A stretch of 64,000 nucleotides of DNA from Azolla caroliniana (Eukaryota; Plantae; Polypodiophyta): the NCBI GenBank assembly GCA_043228905.1, contig JBHGNT010000014.1, positions 7,316,001 through 7,380,000 of the forward strand, given 5' to 3'. This document shows, in pieces, positions 1 through 11,741 of this stretch. Positions within the stretch are counted from its first letter, which is position 1; the number at the start of each line of letters is the position of its first letter. The notes below the pieces were generated by a model. It did no database searches. It saw only the letters and a program-made list of their open reading frames with translations, and was not told the DNA's origin. A program made the position numbers and the translations under genes.

Positions 1-516
1 TGCTGAATGCGTGAGTCAAGGTGGTGACTCTAACCCAAGGGGATCCCAGATAACTCTCTTTGTGGACACCCGAGTTTGTTTAATCCACTCGATACTTGAG
101 GATACAGACAACCCTTGAACTTCATAAAGAACAAAATAACAAATATCCTATCAAATCGGTTACAATCGATTATTGGCTCACAATTACACACAGAACGTAT
201 ATTTAGATCACATGTTAGACACATAGGTTTACCCCACAAGAAAGAATAATCGATTATGAATACACACAGATAAAAGTATCGATAGACTGTCGGTATAACT
301 CTCACTCCCCTTCTTTGTACACTTCTTGCCTAATATAATATTCTTGCTCCCCTACTCTTCCGATCACTTGGTATTATATAGGCTTTGCATGCTTCCTATT
401 TTTTAGGAAGCATGGTGCGTTACAATCATTCCTCATTAAATACTCGACTCCCTTTATTTGGCTTTTTGTGCTTGCAACTCCCTGTCTCTTTTCACACCTT
501 GTCCCACCGGCCAACA
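1..516 (-). mobile_element. Partial 3' LTR of a probable Ty3/gypsy element, running off the left edge of the window
   Basis: On the minus strand it starts TGTTGGCCGG at 516, has a purine-rich U3 and a CCTATATAAT TATA box near 373-382. A tRNA-Arg-like motif at 518-554 lies immediately upstream. Confidence 0.6.
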
Positions 517-801
517 TTGGGCATGCTTGTGGGATAGTGCCTTGCACGTCGAACAAAAATAAAAAAGTAAAAATAAAAATCGAAAGAATAATCAAATTGG
601 AAAAAATCATTGCCAAAATTGTTGCGAATTAATCGTCATAAAAAATATGCAAGATGCTTGGTGACTGCCACGATTCATCTACTTTGATGTCAAACTCGGT
701 CGCATGTTCCTTGACTGGTTGATCATTCGTCATCAGTGGTTGATCGTCTGTAGTTGGCTACTCTATTGTCGTGGGTTTCACATCTCGCTACTGTTTGCTA
801 T

Positions 802-3735
802 TGTTAGGAATTTGTCCCTCCTATGGGAGAAGTCGACAATTGAAGTCTATGAGACAAGTCAACACTCGAAACAGAGACAAGCCAAACACTTATGGTCGAT
901 CGGATCAACTAGCGAGTGGACAAGGTGGTAGACAATTTTAGAGGAAATTGTAGTCTACTATATTGGGGATAATTGAAATCGAAGACACGGCTGATAAGTC
1001 GGGCCGCCTAGATAGTCAACGAAGGAGTCGGCTGGTCGAATCGTTTGAATCGTCAACTTGAGAGTCGGACAGTTGAGTCAATTAGTCGGCTGATTACGAC
1101 TATTATTATTATCTAATTTAATAAAAATAACATATCCCTGTCTATAAATAGGAAGAGCTAGGGAAAACTAGTTAGATGAACATAACGAAGTGTTGTATAG
1201 TGCTTTTGTACTAAGTGTAGCTGAGAGTAGGAAGAGGTGCGCAAGAGAGAGTGTGTGGCGGCACAATTCAGTATGACTTGCCAAGAACCCTAAGATGAAC
1301 ATAACGAAGTGTTGTATAGTGCTTTTGTACTAAGTGTAGCTGAGAGTAGGAAGAGGTGCGCAAGAGAGAGTGTGTGGCGGCACAATTCAGTATGACTTGC
1401 CAAGAACCCTAAGTGGGTATTCTCTGAGTTATAGAGAGAAGTAATGTGTTCTTTCCTTCTTGTACTCCTGTTCACATAGTAGAATATTTGTTCCCCGTGG
1501 TTTCCCCCCTGTTTAGGGTTTAGTGTATTGTGCATTCTTTGTGTTTTGGTGTTTTTTGTTTTCGCATTGTATACTTCAGTCTATTTTTCTCATAGATCTA
1601 CGGGCCACTTCCTCATCAAACTGGCATCAGAGTGTTGAGGTGCAAGAATGGAAGGAGGTATGATAGTCTTGAACTCACACAACTATGCAGATTGGAAGAT
1701 CGAGATGGAAAATCTTATGATAGTCAAAGATCTATACGAGCCCATAGATAGAGAAGAAATACCCATGGGGGTATTGGATTCTTAATGGAAACTCCTAAAC
1801 AGGAAGGCGTTGGCCACCATAAGACAGTGTGTGGACGTGAGCATCTTACAACATGTTGCAAACGACACAAATGCCTACGAAATGTGGCATAAACTGTCGA
1901 GAAAGATTGTAAGACTGAAGTATAGAGACGGTAAAAGCATAGTAGTACACATCAACACCTTTATGGGACTTGTAAATGAACTTATTGCAGCCAAGTTTCC
2001 CCTAGATGATGCTATGCAGGCCTTGTTGCTATTGTGTACTCTGACGGACAACTGGGAGAACCTAGTGGTGTCTCTCAGCACCTTGTGTCAAGAAGAAAAC
2101 CTATCTCTACAAGTGGTAAAGACAAGTATACTGAATGAGGAGACAAGAAGGAAGGACAAGGGTGTCCTGTCTCAGACGGACGCAAATGTGGCACAACATC
2201 TTGGCAGAGGAAGAAGTAAGAAGAGAAGTCCATAGGGGAGACACAAGTCTCATGCTTGGTCCAAGTCGAAAGGAAAAATAAAATGTTTCTACAGCAGAAA
2301 ACCTGGACACTTCTAGGACTGTCGACACCTTAAGAGAGACAAAGGTGTGTCAAACAATGTCCAACTCATTTGTGAGCAGGCAAATGAAAACCTTGCAAGT
2401 GAAGAGTGCACCTGGGTAATCGATTTTGGTACTGTTGTTCTTTAAGGAATTCCAGGCCAGAGCTGAAAGAGAGTCGGGTCGGAAGTTAAAGGCTGTCTGA
2501 ACTGACAATGGTGGTGAGTATAGAGGAAAATTAGAAGAGTACTGCAAGTCCCAGGGTATTCAACTCGAATATACAATGCCTAAGACTGTTGAGTTGAATG
2601 GGCTTGTAGAGAGGATGAATCAAATCATCACGGAAAGAGTGAGAAGCATGTTGTCACATGCAAAGTTACCGAGACATCATGTTCTTGGAAGACAAGACAA
2701 TTGAGGATAGGAAACAACAAAAGTTGGAACAAACTTCCCAATTGACTCCTACTATTGTCGACTCAAGTTCAGTTGACCATACAATGTCGACTAAAAGGAG
2801 ACAACCAGTCGGAATAGCCGAATCCGAGATGGTTGACTCAGAGCAATCAACCAATACATATGAGTTGGAGTCGACTGATCTACAGAAGTCAATTGATGCA
2901 TACACATTGGAGTTAGTCGATTGTCAACAACCGATCGACATGCATAAACCCGAGCCGAATGAAGAGTCGACAGACACATCTGAACATGAGCCGACAATGG
3001 GAAGTGGAAGATATCAACTTAGGCAAAGGAGAGCACCCTAAGGATACGCCAATCAATATGTTTTATTGATCGATGAAGATGAGCCAGAGTGCTACAAGGA
3101 GGCCATGGAAGACGAACGCAAGGAGAAATGGCAGAGTGCAATGCAGGATGAGATGGACTCCTTGCATGCAAATTACACACACGACTTGGTGAGACTATAG
3201 AAAGGTAAGAGAGCCCTGAGAAACAAGTGGGTCTTCAAGCTGAAGAATGGGGAAGATGGCAGCTCACCTAGATACAAAGCCTGAATCATAGTAAAGGGGT
3301 TTTAGCAGAAGAAAGGGGTCGATTTTGATGAAATCTTCATACCAGTCGTAAAGATGATATCTATTCGAACACTGCTAGGTATTGTTGCTAGTATGAATCT
3401 GGAGATAGAGCAATTGGATGTCAAGACATAATTCTTGCACGGGGAATTAGACAAAGAGATCTATATGCAGCAGCTTGGCAAACGCTTTGTGGAGAAAGGA
3501 AAAGCGAACCTGGTGTGTTGACTAAGGAAAAGCTTGTATGGTCTAAAACAAGGTCCACACCAATGGTACAAGACGTTTGAATCCTTCATGCTGGGACATG
3601 GGTTCCACAAAACAAAGGTTGATCACTATGTGTTTGTCAAAAGGTACAATCAAGGCGATTTCTTGAGTGTCTTACTACATGTGGATGACATGTTAGTGGT
3701 TGGTCAAGATACCAAAAAGATTGGGAGCCTGAAGT
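802..3735 (+). mobile_element. Truncated, degenerate Ty1/copia element A (Tnt1/Tork-like)
   Basis: 5' LTR TGTTAGG...CATCA at 802-1618 and iMet PBS-like TGGCATCAGAG at 1622. Gag starts at 1648 (MEGGMIVLNSHNYADWKIEM). Protease WVIDFG is fused by a deletion to integrase, followed by RT (LYGLKQ...LLHVDDML). Many stops; 3' end missing. Confidence 0.85.
1174..1413 (+). repeat. 119-bp perfect tandem duplication inside the LTR of copia A
   Basis: AGATGAACATAACG...GAACCCTAAG occurs at 1174 and 1293, just downstream of TATAAATA at 1143. Confidence 0.9.
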
Positions 3736-3805
3736 TTTGGTCGACGAGAATTTGACATGGCAAGTGGGTTCGACATGCAATGCACTGTCCCACAAGCGTG
3801 CCATG

Positions 3806-3987
3806 TGTTACTCGTATGGGATGTATGAGAGGGATAAAGGTGAAAGACAATAGTGTGAGTGTGTAATGTGTGACTATGAGGATGAGTGTGTATGTACACA
3901 AGCACATTTGTGTGCATGTGTACAAATATGAGAAAGTGTGCAAAAGTGGTGTAACTACCCTACTTGTCTCTTTGTACAGTCTTGGTT
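3806..3987 (+). mobile_element. Start of a gypsy-type 3' LTR similar to the LTR at 57472
   Basis: TGTTAC start and a TG-rich U3 resembling 57472-57610. Preceded by a tRNA-Arg-like motif at 3764-3803. Confidence 0.5.
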
Positions 3988-4835
3988 TGTAACGATCACA
4001 TTATTATTGACTTCAGATCCAAAGTGAGACAAGAAAGACAAATTGAAATATACAAACAAGAACAAAAGAAACTGAAAAACAACAGAGATACACGGTACAC
4101 AATATTTACGTGGAAACCCTAAACAGGGAAATACACGGGCAACAAATCTACACTATAAATAGAGGTACAAGAAGGAAGGACACAGATTACAACGACTTTG
4201 CTGAACAGAGTATTCACCCATTTAGGGTTTTGGTTAGTTTCCCTAAACTACACCTCTCTCACACGCACTCTCGTGTCTCTTCCTACTCTCTTCTGCACTC
4301 AACTACAGAAGCTCTATGCACATCATGACCACCATATGTTTGCCGTAGCTCTTCCGATTTATAATAGGGATACGATATCACTATAATATTTTCTTATCGA
4401 CACCATCTCTCGAATGAACCCTAATTTTTTCTTATCAAAGCTATCTCTCGAGAAACCCTTACCCTATTTTTTTCTTATTTAAGCCATCTCTCGAAAAACC
4501 CTAATTTTCCTTATCGAAGGGATATCAATGAAAAACACTAATTTTCCTTACGGAAGCCATATCACTCAAGAACCCTAATTTTCCTTATCGAAGCCATATC
4601 TATGAAAAACCCTAATTGTTCTTATTTATTAATCTCAATAAACCTAAAACTTCTAAATCTCAATCTTGCAATACATTATAATTTTCTTTTCTTTGTTTAT
4701 ATAAATTACAAAACATTCTCATTTCTGTTAATTCATAAACCATAAACGCACAAATCTAGTATCCTCAAGTGGGAGGCCCTGGGGTCCTACCTCAAGTTTA
4801 CGTATCTTTGTCGTATCTTCGTAACAACGTCAACA
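3988..4835 (-). mobile_element. Probable solo copia-type LTR with an internal ~38-bp tandem array
   Basis: TG...CA ends and imperfect TSD tggtt/tgttt. Shares the TTTACGTGGAAACCC motif with the LTRs at 24137 and 35139. About 6-7 copies of TTTTCTTATCGAAGCCATCTCTCGAAAAACCCTAA at 4388-4625. Confidence 0.55.
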
Positions 4836-5503
4836 TGTTTAAAGTGCACCACGTAGAGTAATCATGCTATTATGGTACACGACGTGCATGCGCGGGAATC
4901 AAGAAGAGGCGGTTGTGAACGATGGGGGTACAAAATTTCCGGACACACGAGGGAGTCTCATTTCACGAATGAAAGTTCTTATGAGCATAGAGCGCGCATG
5001 CTTCTGGAAAAACACAAGCTCTCTATTGTAGAAACGAGCTCAACGAAGAACCAACCGAACTCATGGCGCTTTCAAACACAACACGGCTACTCAAATATGG
5101 ATTTGTTCATCATCGTAACATTTGAAGGCCTACAGGTCGACTGGGCGGTAATAGTGGCTGACTGGTTACGGACGACAAGAAAGCTTGGGTTGGATTAGCA
5201 AAGTGGCTGATGGTGCTGCTACCACACATGCACCCTCAAACCAAAGAAAGGGGTCCGGCAGGAGACCACGCTAAATAAACCATCAAAATGGCAACAACTC
5301 TTGGAAAAACACACACCCGGGATGGACAACAGGAGAATCGTCTCGGCAGGAAGAACGTGTTTCAGATGCACAGAGACAAGAGACGATAGGGCAAGAATTG
5401 ATGCCGGAGCCAATGCAGCAGTTCGTTTTACTCACACAACATGGAACCTGCCCGCAATGGCTGAAGGGGCTTGGAAAGCAGGTTTCTAGTGTGGCTGACT
5501 GGA

Positions 5504-5779
5504 TGGAGGAACAACAACAGGTGGAGCGAAGTCAGGTGGAACGGTTGCTAAAAACAACCGAAAATTTGGATAAGGCTCGAATTCAGATTAGTAGCCTGGA
5601 GGAGGAGCTAGCAAGGGCGAAGGAGTTTGGGGTCCTCATGTTGGAGGAACAACAACAGGTGGAGCGAAGTCAGGTGGAACGGTTGCTAAAAACAACCGAA
5701 AATTTGGATAAGGCTCGAATTCAGATTAGTAGCCTGGAGGAGGAGCTAGCAAGGGCGAAGGAGTTTGGGGTCCTCATGT
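5504..5779 (+). repeat. 138-bp (46-aa) perfect in-frame tandem duplication
   Basis: EEQQQVERSQVERLLKTTENLDKARIQISSLEEELARAKEFGVLM occurs twice, with DNA copies starting at 5504 and 5642. Confidence 0.95.
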
Positions 5780-6949
5780 CAAAGATGGGCCAAAGCACAA
5801 AATCCATAACAGAGCCAGTAGAATGGGCTACTCTACAAAAGAAAGCTCCGGAAGCAGAACCAGTGGCTAGAACATCCCTAGAAAACGATGTTGAGCGGGA
5901 ACAGGAGTTGCAAACATTTAAGGAGGAATTAGCCGCTCAAGAAGCATTAATAGAGAGAGAACGAGATAAGAGGAAGATTTCCTAAGAAGAGAAACGGAGG
6001 ACTGAGGAAAGTCTCCAGAAGAGTCAAGCAAAGAACGGCCGACTAAAGGAGGAAAGTGAGAACCTAGTGTAGGAAAAAGACCCGGATGATGGCCGAAACA
6101 GAGATAAAGAGGCTGAAGGAAGAGATCCGGCAACAAAAGCATTGGGAAGTGTAAACGATTACTTGCGGAAGCGTTAGAAAACAGAGAAAGTAGAGAATAC
6201 ACAGAGTACACGGGAGAGACAGAGAGAGTAGAACGTAAAAGCTATATTCAAAACAATATATTCACTTTGTGCATACAACTGTGCTCAGTAGCACTATTTA
6301 TACAAGTCCTCATGAGACTGACAGAAGTACCGGGTACTTCAATGCTCACACGAGCATCTGACACTTACTACAAGACTATAACTGCCTAGTAGTCTAAACT
6401 AATACTAGGCTTCCGGTTACCGATTGGATCCGGCTAACCGGCTCCCCAGCTCACCGGCTCTATTGCTTGCCGGCTCGGTCACTCACCGGCTTACCAATCC
6501 ATCTCGCTCACCGGCTCAGGCTTATCCAGCCGATCCGGCTCCAGTTGAGCTTGCCGCTCAACACTCCCCCTCAAGCTCAACTTGACGTTGGATCCTAGTG
6601 TCAACCTCTGTGGCAGTCGGTTCTTCCAACCGACTTCTCCTAGCGTCGCTCCGCCTTGCTCGCGCTCCTCGTCCGGTCTGGTTCTGTTTGCCGCGACCCT
6701 TCTGGTTCTATGCGCCTCGACCTTCTCGGTCGGCATGTCTGGTCAATAGGCCCCTCTCAGCTCCTTCACTGCTATGACTCTGGCGCTTGCCGATCCGTCG
6801 ATTCCTCCGCGATGGCATCGACTTCCGCTGCATCCGTGTTTGCTTGGCCTCTAGTTGATTCGGTTCATCCAGATCCGTCTGTTGATTCGAATCGTTCCAA
6901 CTCTTTTCTGAATCGGTATCCTCTGACTCGTCTTTCTGTTTAAGGCCCT

Positions 6950-9900
6950 TCACCACATCAGACCACGTTCGGGTGTTGTCCTTGCTTCCATCCTGGGCTT
7001 CTTTAGCCGGTTCACCAAAATCAAATTCTTCATTAGACTCCGCATCTTGGTCACTCCCACCGTGATGATGATGATTAACTCCGCATAGTATGCACATTTT
7101 TCTTGCGTGCACACTTCTTCTTTCCGGTTGGTTCGGTCCTCCTTGACCTTGCCACCACTGCCGCTCATTCCGACTTGTTCGGACGTGCCGACTTTCTTCG
7201 TTGACTCGGCTTCTTTTTCCTCCCTATCTCCCCCTCTTCCGATTCTTCCCTTACCAATGCCGGAAACAGTTTCTTTGTCTTTGCCCGTTTTGGTAGTGTC
7301 TTTGCCCCTTCTTCTCCCCCTCAAGTGTGGCACGTCGAGATGCTGAACACCAAGCATTTCAGTGAAGTGCTGCAACTTGTCTGATCTGAGTGGCTTGGTG
7401 AAGATGTCGGCAACTTGCCGATCCGTGTGAACATACCGTAGTTCAACTTCACCGCTCAGGACCCACTCACGCACAAAGTGATAATGCACTTCTATGTGCT
7501 TCGTGTGAGCATGGAACACATGGTTTATGGCGAGCTGCATGCTGCTGATGTTATCACAATAAATCGGGATCGGGGTCGGTACCTCGATCCGCAAGTCTCA
7601 CAGCAGTCGCCGAAGCCAAATGGCTTCGTAGGTGGCAATAGTCGCGCTCCGGTATTCAGCCTCAGTGCTTGACAGAGCCACTGCTGGCTGCTTTTTACTG
7701 CTCCACGCAATAGCTGCGCTCCCTAGGGAAAACATAAAACCGGAAGTGGATCTACGATCCGACGCATCGCCTGCCCAGTCGGCATCCGTGTAACCGACGA
7801 GATCTTCGGTTATACCTCGCCGGTATAACAGTCCCCGGTCCTTCATGCCGCTGACATACCACAATATCCGTTGCGCGCACTGAAGGTGCTCCACGGTCGG
7901 CCGCTGCATGAACTGGCTTATCACTCCGACTGGATAGCTGATGTCGGGTCGGGTGATGGTCAAATATACAAGGCTTCCGACGATTTGTCGGAACCGTTTC
8001 TCATTGCAGGCCGGTCCGGTGTTGGGACGAAGCTTCTGGTTTCGGTCTAGGGGTGTGGAGACAGGTCGGCATTCCATCATGTCGAACTTGTACAACATAT
8101 TCATCACGTAATGGCGTTGTGAGAGCAAGATGCCGTCCGGGGTTCGGATCACCTCGATCCCTAGAAAATAATGAAGGTCCCCCAGATCCTTCATCTCAAA
8201 TGCATCCAACAAGTGGGACTTGACGCGGTTGATTGCTGGAAGACCCGGTCTGGTGATGACTAGATCATCATCAACATACAACAGTATACATACCGGACCG
8301 TCTGAGCCTTGCCGGATGAACAATGAAGAGTTCGATTTGGAGACCACAAATCCCATCTTACGCAACCAGTGTGTGATCTTCGCATTCCAAGCTCGAGGGG
8401 CTTGCTTCAAGCCGTACAACGACTTCTTCAGCCGGCATACCGCCAACTTGTTCATCTTCGATTGAAAACCGGGAGGCTGAGTCATAAGGACTTCTTCTTC
8501 AAGATCACCTTGAAGAAATGCATTCTTCACATCCATCTGATGAAGATGCCACCCCCTTGCCGCAGCAACCGCCAACACCACTCGAACCATCGTCATCTTC
8601 GCTATAGGAGCGAAGGTCTCGTCATAGTCGATTCCGTGGGTCTGCGCTGATGAAGATGCCACTAACCGGTTAACAGAACTGTCGACGTTGTACTTTACCT
8701 TGTATACCCACTTGCATCCGATCGGTTTACAGTGATGAGGAGGGTCAACCAGGTCCCAAGTATCGTTGGCATCGAGTGCCTGCATTTCTTCGTCCATAGC
8801 GGCACGCCAATTTGCGTCCTTTGCCACTTCTGCGTAGCTCCCTGGCTCACGCACTTCCGCCACCTTAGTCATGTACGCATAGTGATGCACCATGTACTCA
8901 TTGTACCCGTACTGTTTGACGGGATCCTTCTGGCGGGTGGACCGGTGTAACTCACCGTTACCTGATTTGAGGCCCTTCTTGGCTGGATCGGTCTTCGTTG
9001 CCGAAGATCCACCTTTCTCCTTGTTGGAGTCGGACGCACACCGATCCGACTCATCGTTGCCGGTTTCGAATTTCGGCATCTTCTTCTTCCCCTTCTCTTT
9101 GAGCATGAACCGTCTCCTTGGTTCCTTGCGCGGGGAGTGCACGACAGAGTCTCCACTACTCGCCGGTTCCTCATCGGACTGGTTAGGTTGACTCAGTCTC
9201 TCGTTCGGCCCGCTCAACCGGAACGATTCCGGACTCTCATCCTGAGTCCAAGCTTCATCATCATCTACCTGGACCGGTTCAGGCTCACTAGCCTCATCCA
9301 CCGACATCGGGTCGGAATCGAAAGTCGGAGTTGGTAAGGAATACCATGATGCCGACTCATCGAACTCGACATCTCGACTAACTCAGACCTGCTTTGTCCG
9401 GGGGTTATAACACTTATAACCCTTTTGCTCTTGAGCATAGATGACTAGGATGCATTTTTCCGATTTTGCATCCAATTTCCTCCGCTTCTCATGTGGCACA
9501 TGCACATATGCAATGCTACCGAATATCCTAAGGTGTCTTAGATTTAGCTTGTGCCCGAAATACAGCTCGTGAGCTGACACCTTGTCACCGATCCGGTTCT
9601 GGATGTAGACAACCGTCCAGACTGCCTCCGCCCAGTAGAATTTGGGCATGCTCTTCTCCTCCAGCATTACCCTTGCCGCATCAATAAGCGACCGGTTCTT
9701 CCTTTCGGCAACACCGTTCTGTTGCGGTGTGTATCTGCAGCGGAACTCTCGCCGAATTCCCTTTTGCTGCAGATAATTTTTGAATTGGCCGGAAAAGTAT
9801 TCTTTTCCGCCATCCGACCGCAGGCATTTGATCTTCCTCTCAGATTCCCGTTCCACCATCCTCTGGAGGCTCCAGAAACACTCGAAGACTTCACTCTTCC

Positions 9901-10807
9901 GCTCAATGAGGTAGATCCATGTGTGCTGCGTATAGTCGTCGATGAAGGAGACGAAATATCGACTCCCGCCAAGACTGACATTCTGTGCCGCTCCCCACAC
10001 ATCCAAATGGATAAGGTCGAGCTTGTTACGGCCCCGGTTTCGTTCGGTAGGGAATGGGAGCCGATGTTGCTTCCCGAGTTGACAGGCTTCACATACTTGG
10101 GCCTTCCGGCCACTGAACTTCGGCAAACCGAAAATAACTTGTTTCGTTTGCAGGTCTTGAAGCCTCCGGTAATTGACGTTGCCTATTCGCTTGTGCCACA
10201 GGTCGATGTCCGACTCGACCTTTTGTCCTTCTGCAAACAGAGCGGTGCCGGCGTCATTGGTGTCGAGGATAAACATCCTCCCGTCTCTGCGCCGTTGCGC
10301 AATAACTTGGCCCTCATCTTCAATGAAGCACCCAAGGTGTGTAAACCGCACCTGCATCCCCTGGTCGACGATCTGTTCGACCGACACCAGGTTCTTCATG
10401 ATTGTCGGAACATGTAATACGTTCATCAGCTTCCCCTTCTGTCCGACGTGGCTCAAAGGAACTTCTCCGACATGCATGATTGGGTGAGGAGTGTCGTCTC
10501 CGGTTTTGACTACTCCTGGTTGATCCGGTTTCTCCAAAAAGGAGAACCACTCTTTGTGGCTCGTCATGTGGTTCGACACACCAGAATCAACATACCACAC
10601 TTCCTCCGATTTGGAAGTGGTCTTCTTCATCAAGTTCGCCTCGTGCTTCATCACCAAGGCTGGCCCATTACCGTTCTTGGATCCGTCCGATCCCTTCGTG
10701 TAGTGCGAGCTTTGCCGGCCATCCTTGCCGGATCCTGATTTGTCCGAATCAGCGGATCTGTCGAGTTTCTCCACAGGGAGCGAGCTAGCCATCCCTCTAT
10801 CCATCAT
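6950..10807 (-). pseudogene. Copia B pol (PR-INT-RT-RNaseH) in a single frame with two premature TGA stops
   Basis: ORFs 9383-10807, 7598-9307 and 6950-7594 share one frame. Motifs WYVDSG, WHKRIG..CEAC, RSDGGKEY, YVDD, YTDADWAGD and KHIEVHYHF. Confidence 0.92.
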
Positions 10808-11701
10808 TTCTTTGTCTGTTGTTCTTACAACCTGTTAGGGTTTGCTTTCAAGCGTTTGTTGGCTTAGAGGTTCTCAACCCTCGCGCTCTAATACCATGTA
10901 AACGATTACTTGCGGAAGCGTTAGAAAACAGAGAAAGTAGAGAATACAGAGAGTACACGGGAGAGACAGAGAGAGCAGAACGTTGTCGTGAAGAAAACCG
11001 CCCACAAGAGGAATCGGAGGACAAGGCGTGGGAAACGACTCTACACACACACGCGCGCCAAGAAGTACCTAAGGACGAAGTAGGTACATACGAGGATCCT
11101 AGGTGGGTAGATTCGGTTGGTATGCAGTTAATGCCAAACGGCCTCTTGACGGGCTATAAAAGGAAGAGGAAGAATAGAAGTGGGCATCTCCCGCGGAGAG
11201 GACGAAGTGCTGCCGAACCGATTTCGGAGCTTCTCTCTCTCTCCCGCTCTCTCTGTCTTCTGCTCCATCGCGTACCTGTGCAGGTTTCGAGGAGGCTTGC
11301 GCTGTTCCGTGGAACGCCCGAGTGCGTCCTGCAGCACCTCCGACCTGTTTCCCCTTTCTGTGCGTCGCGACATACAGGGGTCGGCATCTGTTCGCCGCCC
11401 TGTTCGTTTTCGTTAGTATCTATTTCGTGCCCCACTGAGGGTTGTAGTACTTTAGTCTGTTATTTTCTTGCATTCATAAGTACATATCTTTCGTTGTTGC
11501 GTCCATCTGCGTCGGCGTTTATTTGTGTTCTCTGTTTGTTGGGCCGTGTCCCTGTGTAATCGTCGGTTCTGCGCAATCGGAACTTCGGTTCTGTGTAATC
11601 GGGGTCTCTCTCTCTTATCTCTCTCTCTCTTGTTCTTCGGTTCAAGACCCCCGTGGTCCCTCCTCCTTTCTACACGCAAGGGCGTAGCAACCCCGACATC
11701 T

Positions 11702-11719
11702 TGGTGAACCCGACGTGAA
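11702..11719 (+). promoter_or_regulatory. Primer-binding site complementary to the tRNA-Trp 3' end
   Basis: TGGTGAACCCGACGTGAA is the reverse complement of the plant cytosolic tRNA-Trp 3' end as recalled (..TTCACGTCGGGTTCACCA). It sits 3 nt after the 5' LTR. Confidence 0.85.
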
Positions 11720-11741
11720 AGAGGCGGCAGAAGAGCAGAAG

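Noticed and set aside
4388-4625. Repeat array with ~38-bp period that looks superficially CRISPR-like
   Set aside because: No unique spacers, no cas genes, eukaryotic context; an ordinary U3 tandem repeat.
10819-11559. 246-aa and 202-aa ORFs running through the gypsy LTRs
   Set aside because: They start in unrelated flanking DNA and recur only because the LTRs are duplicates.
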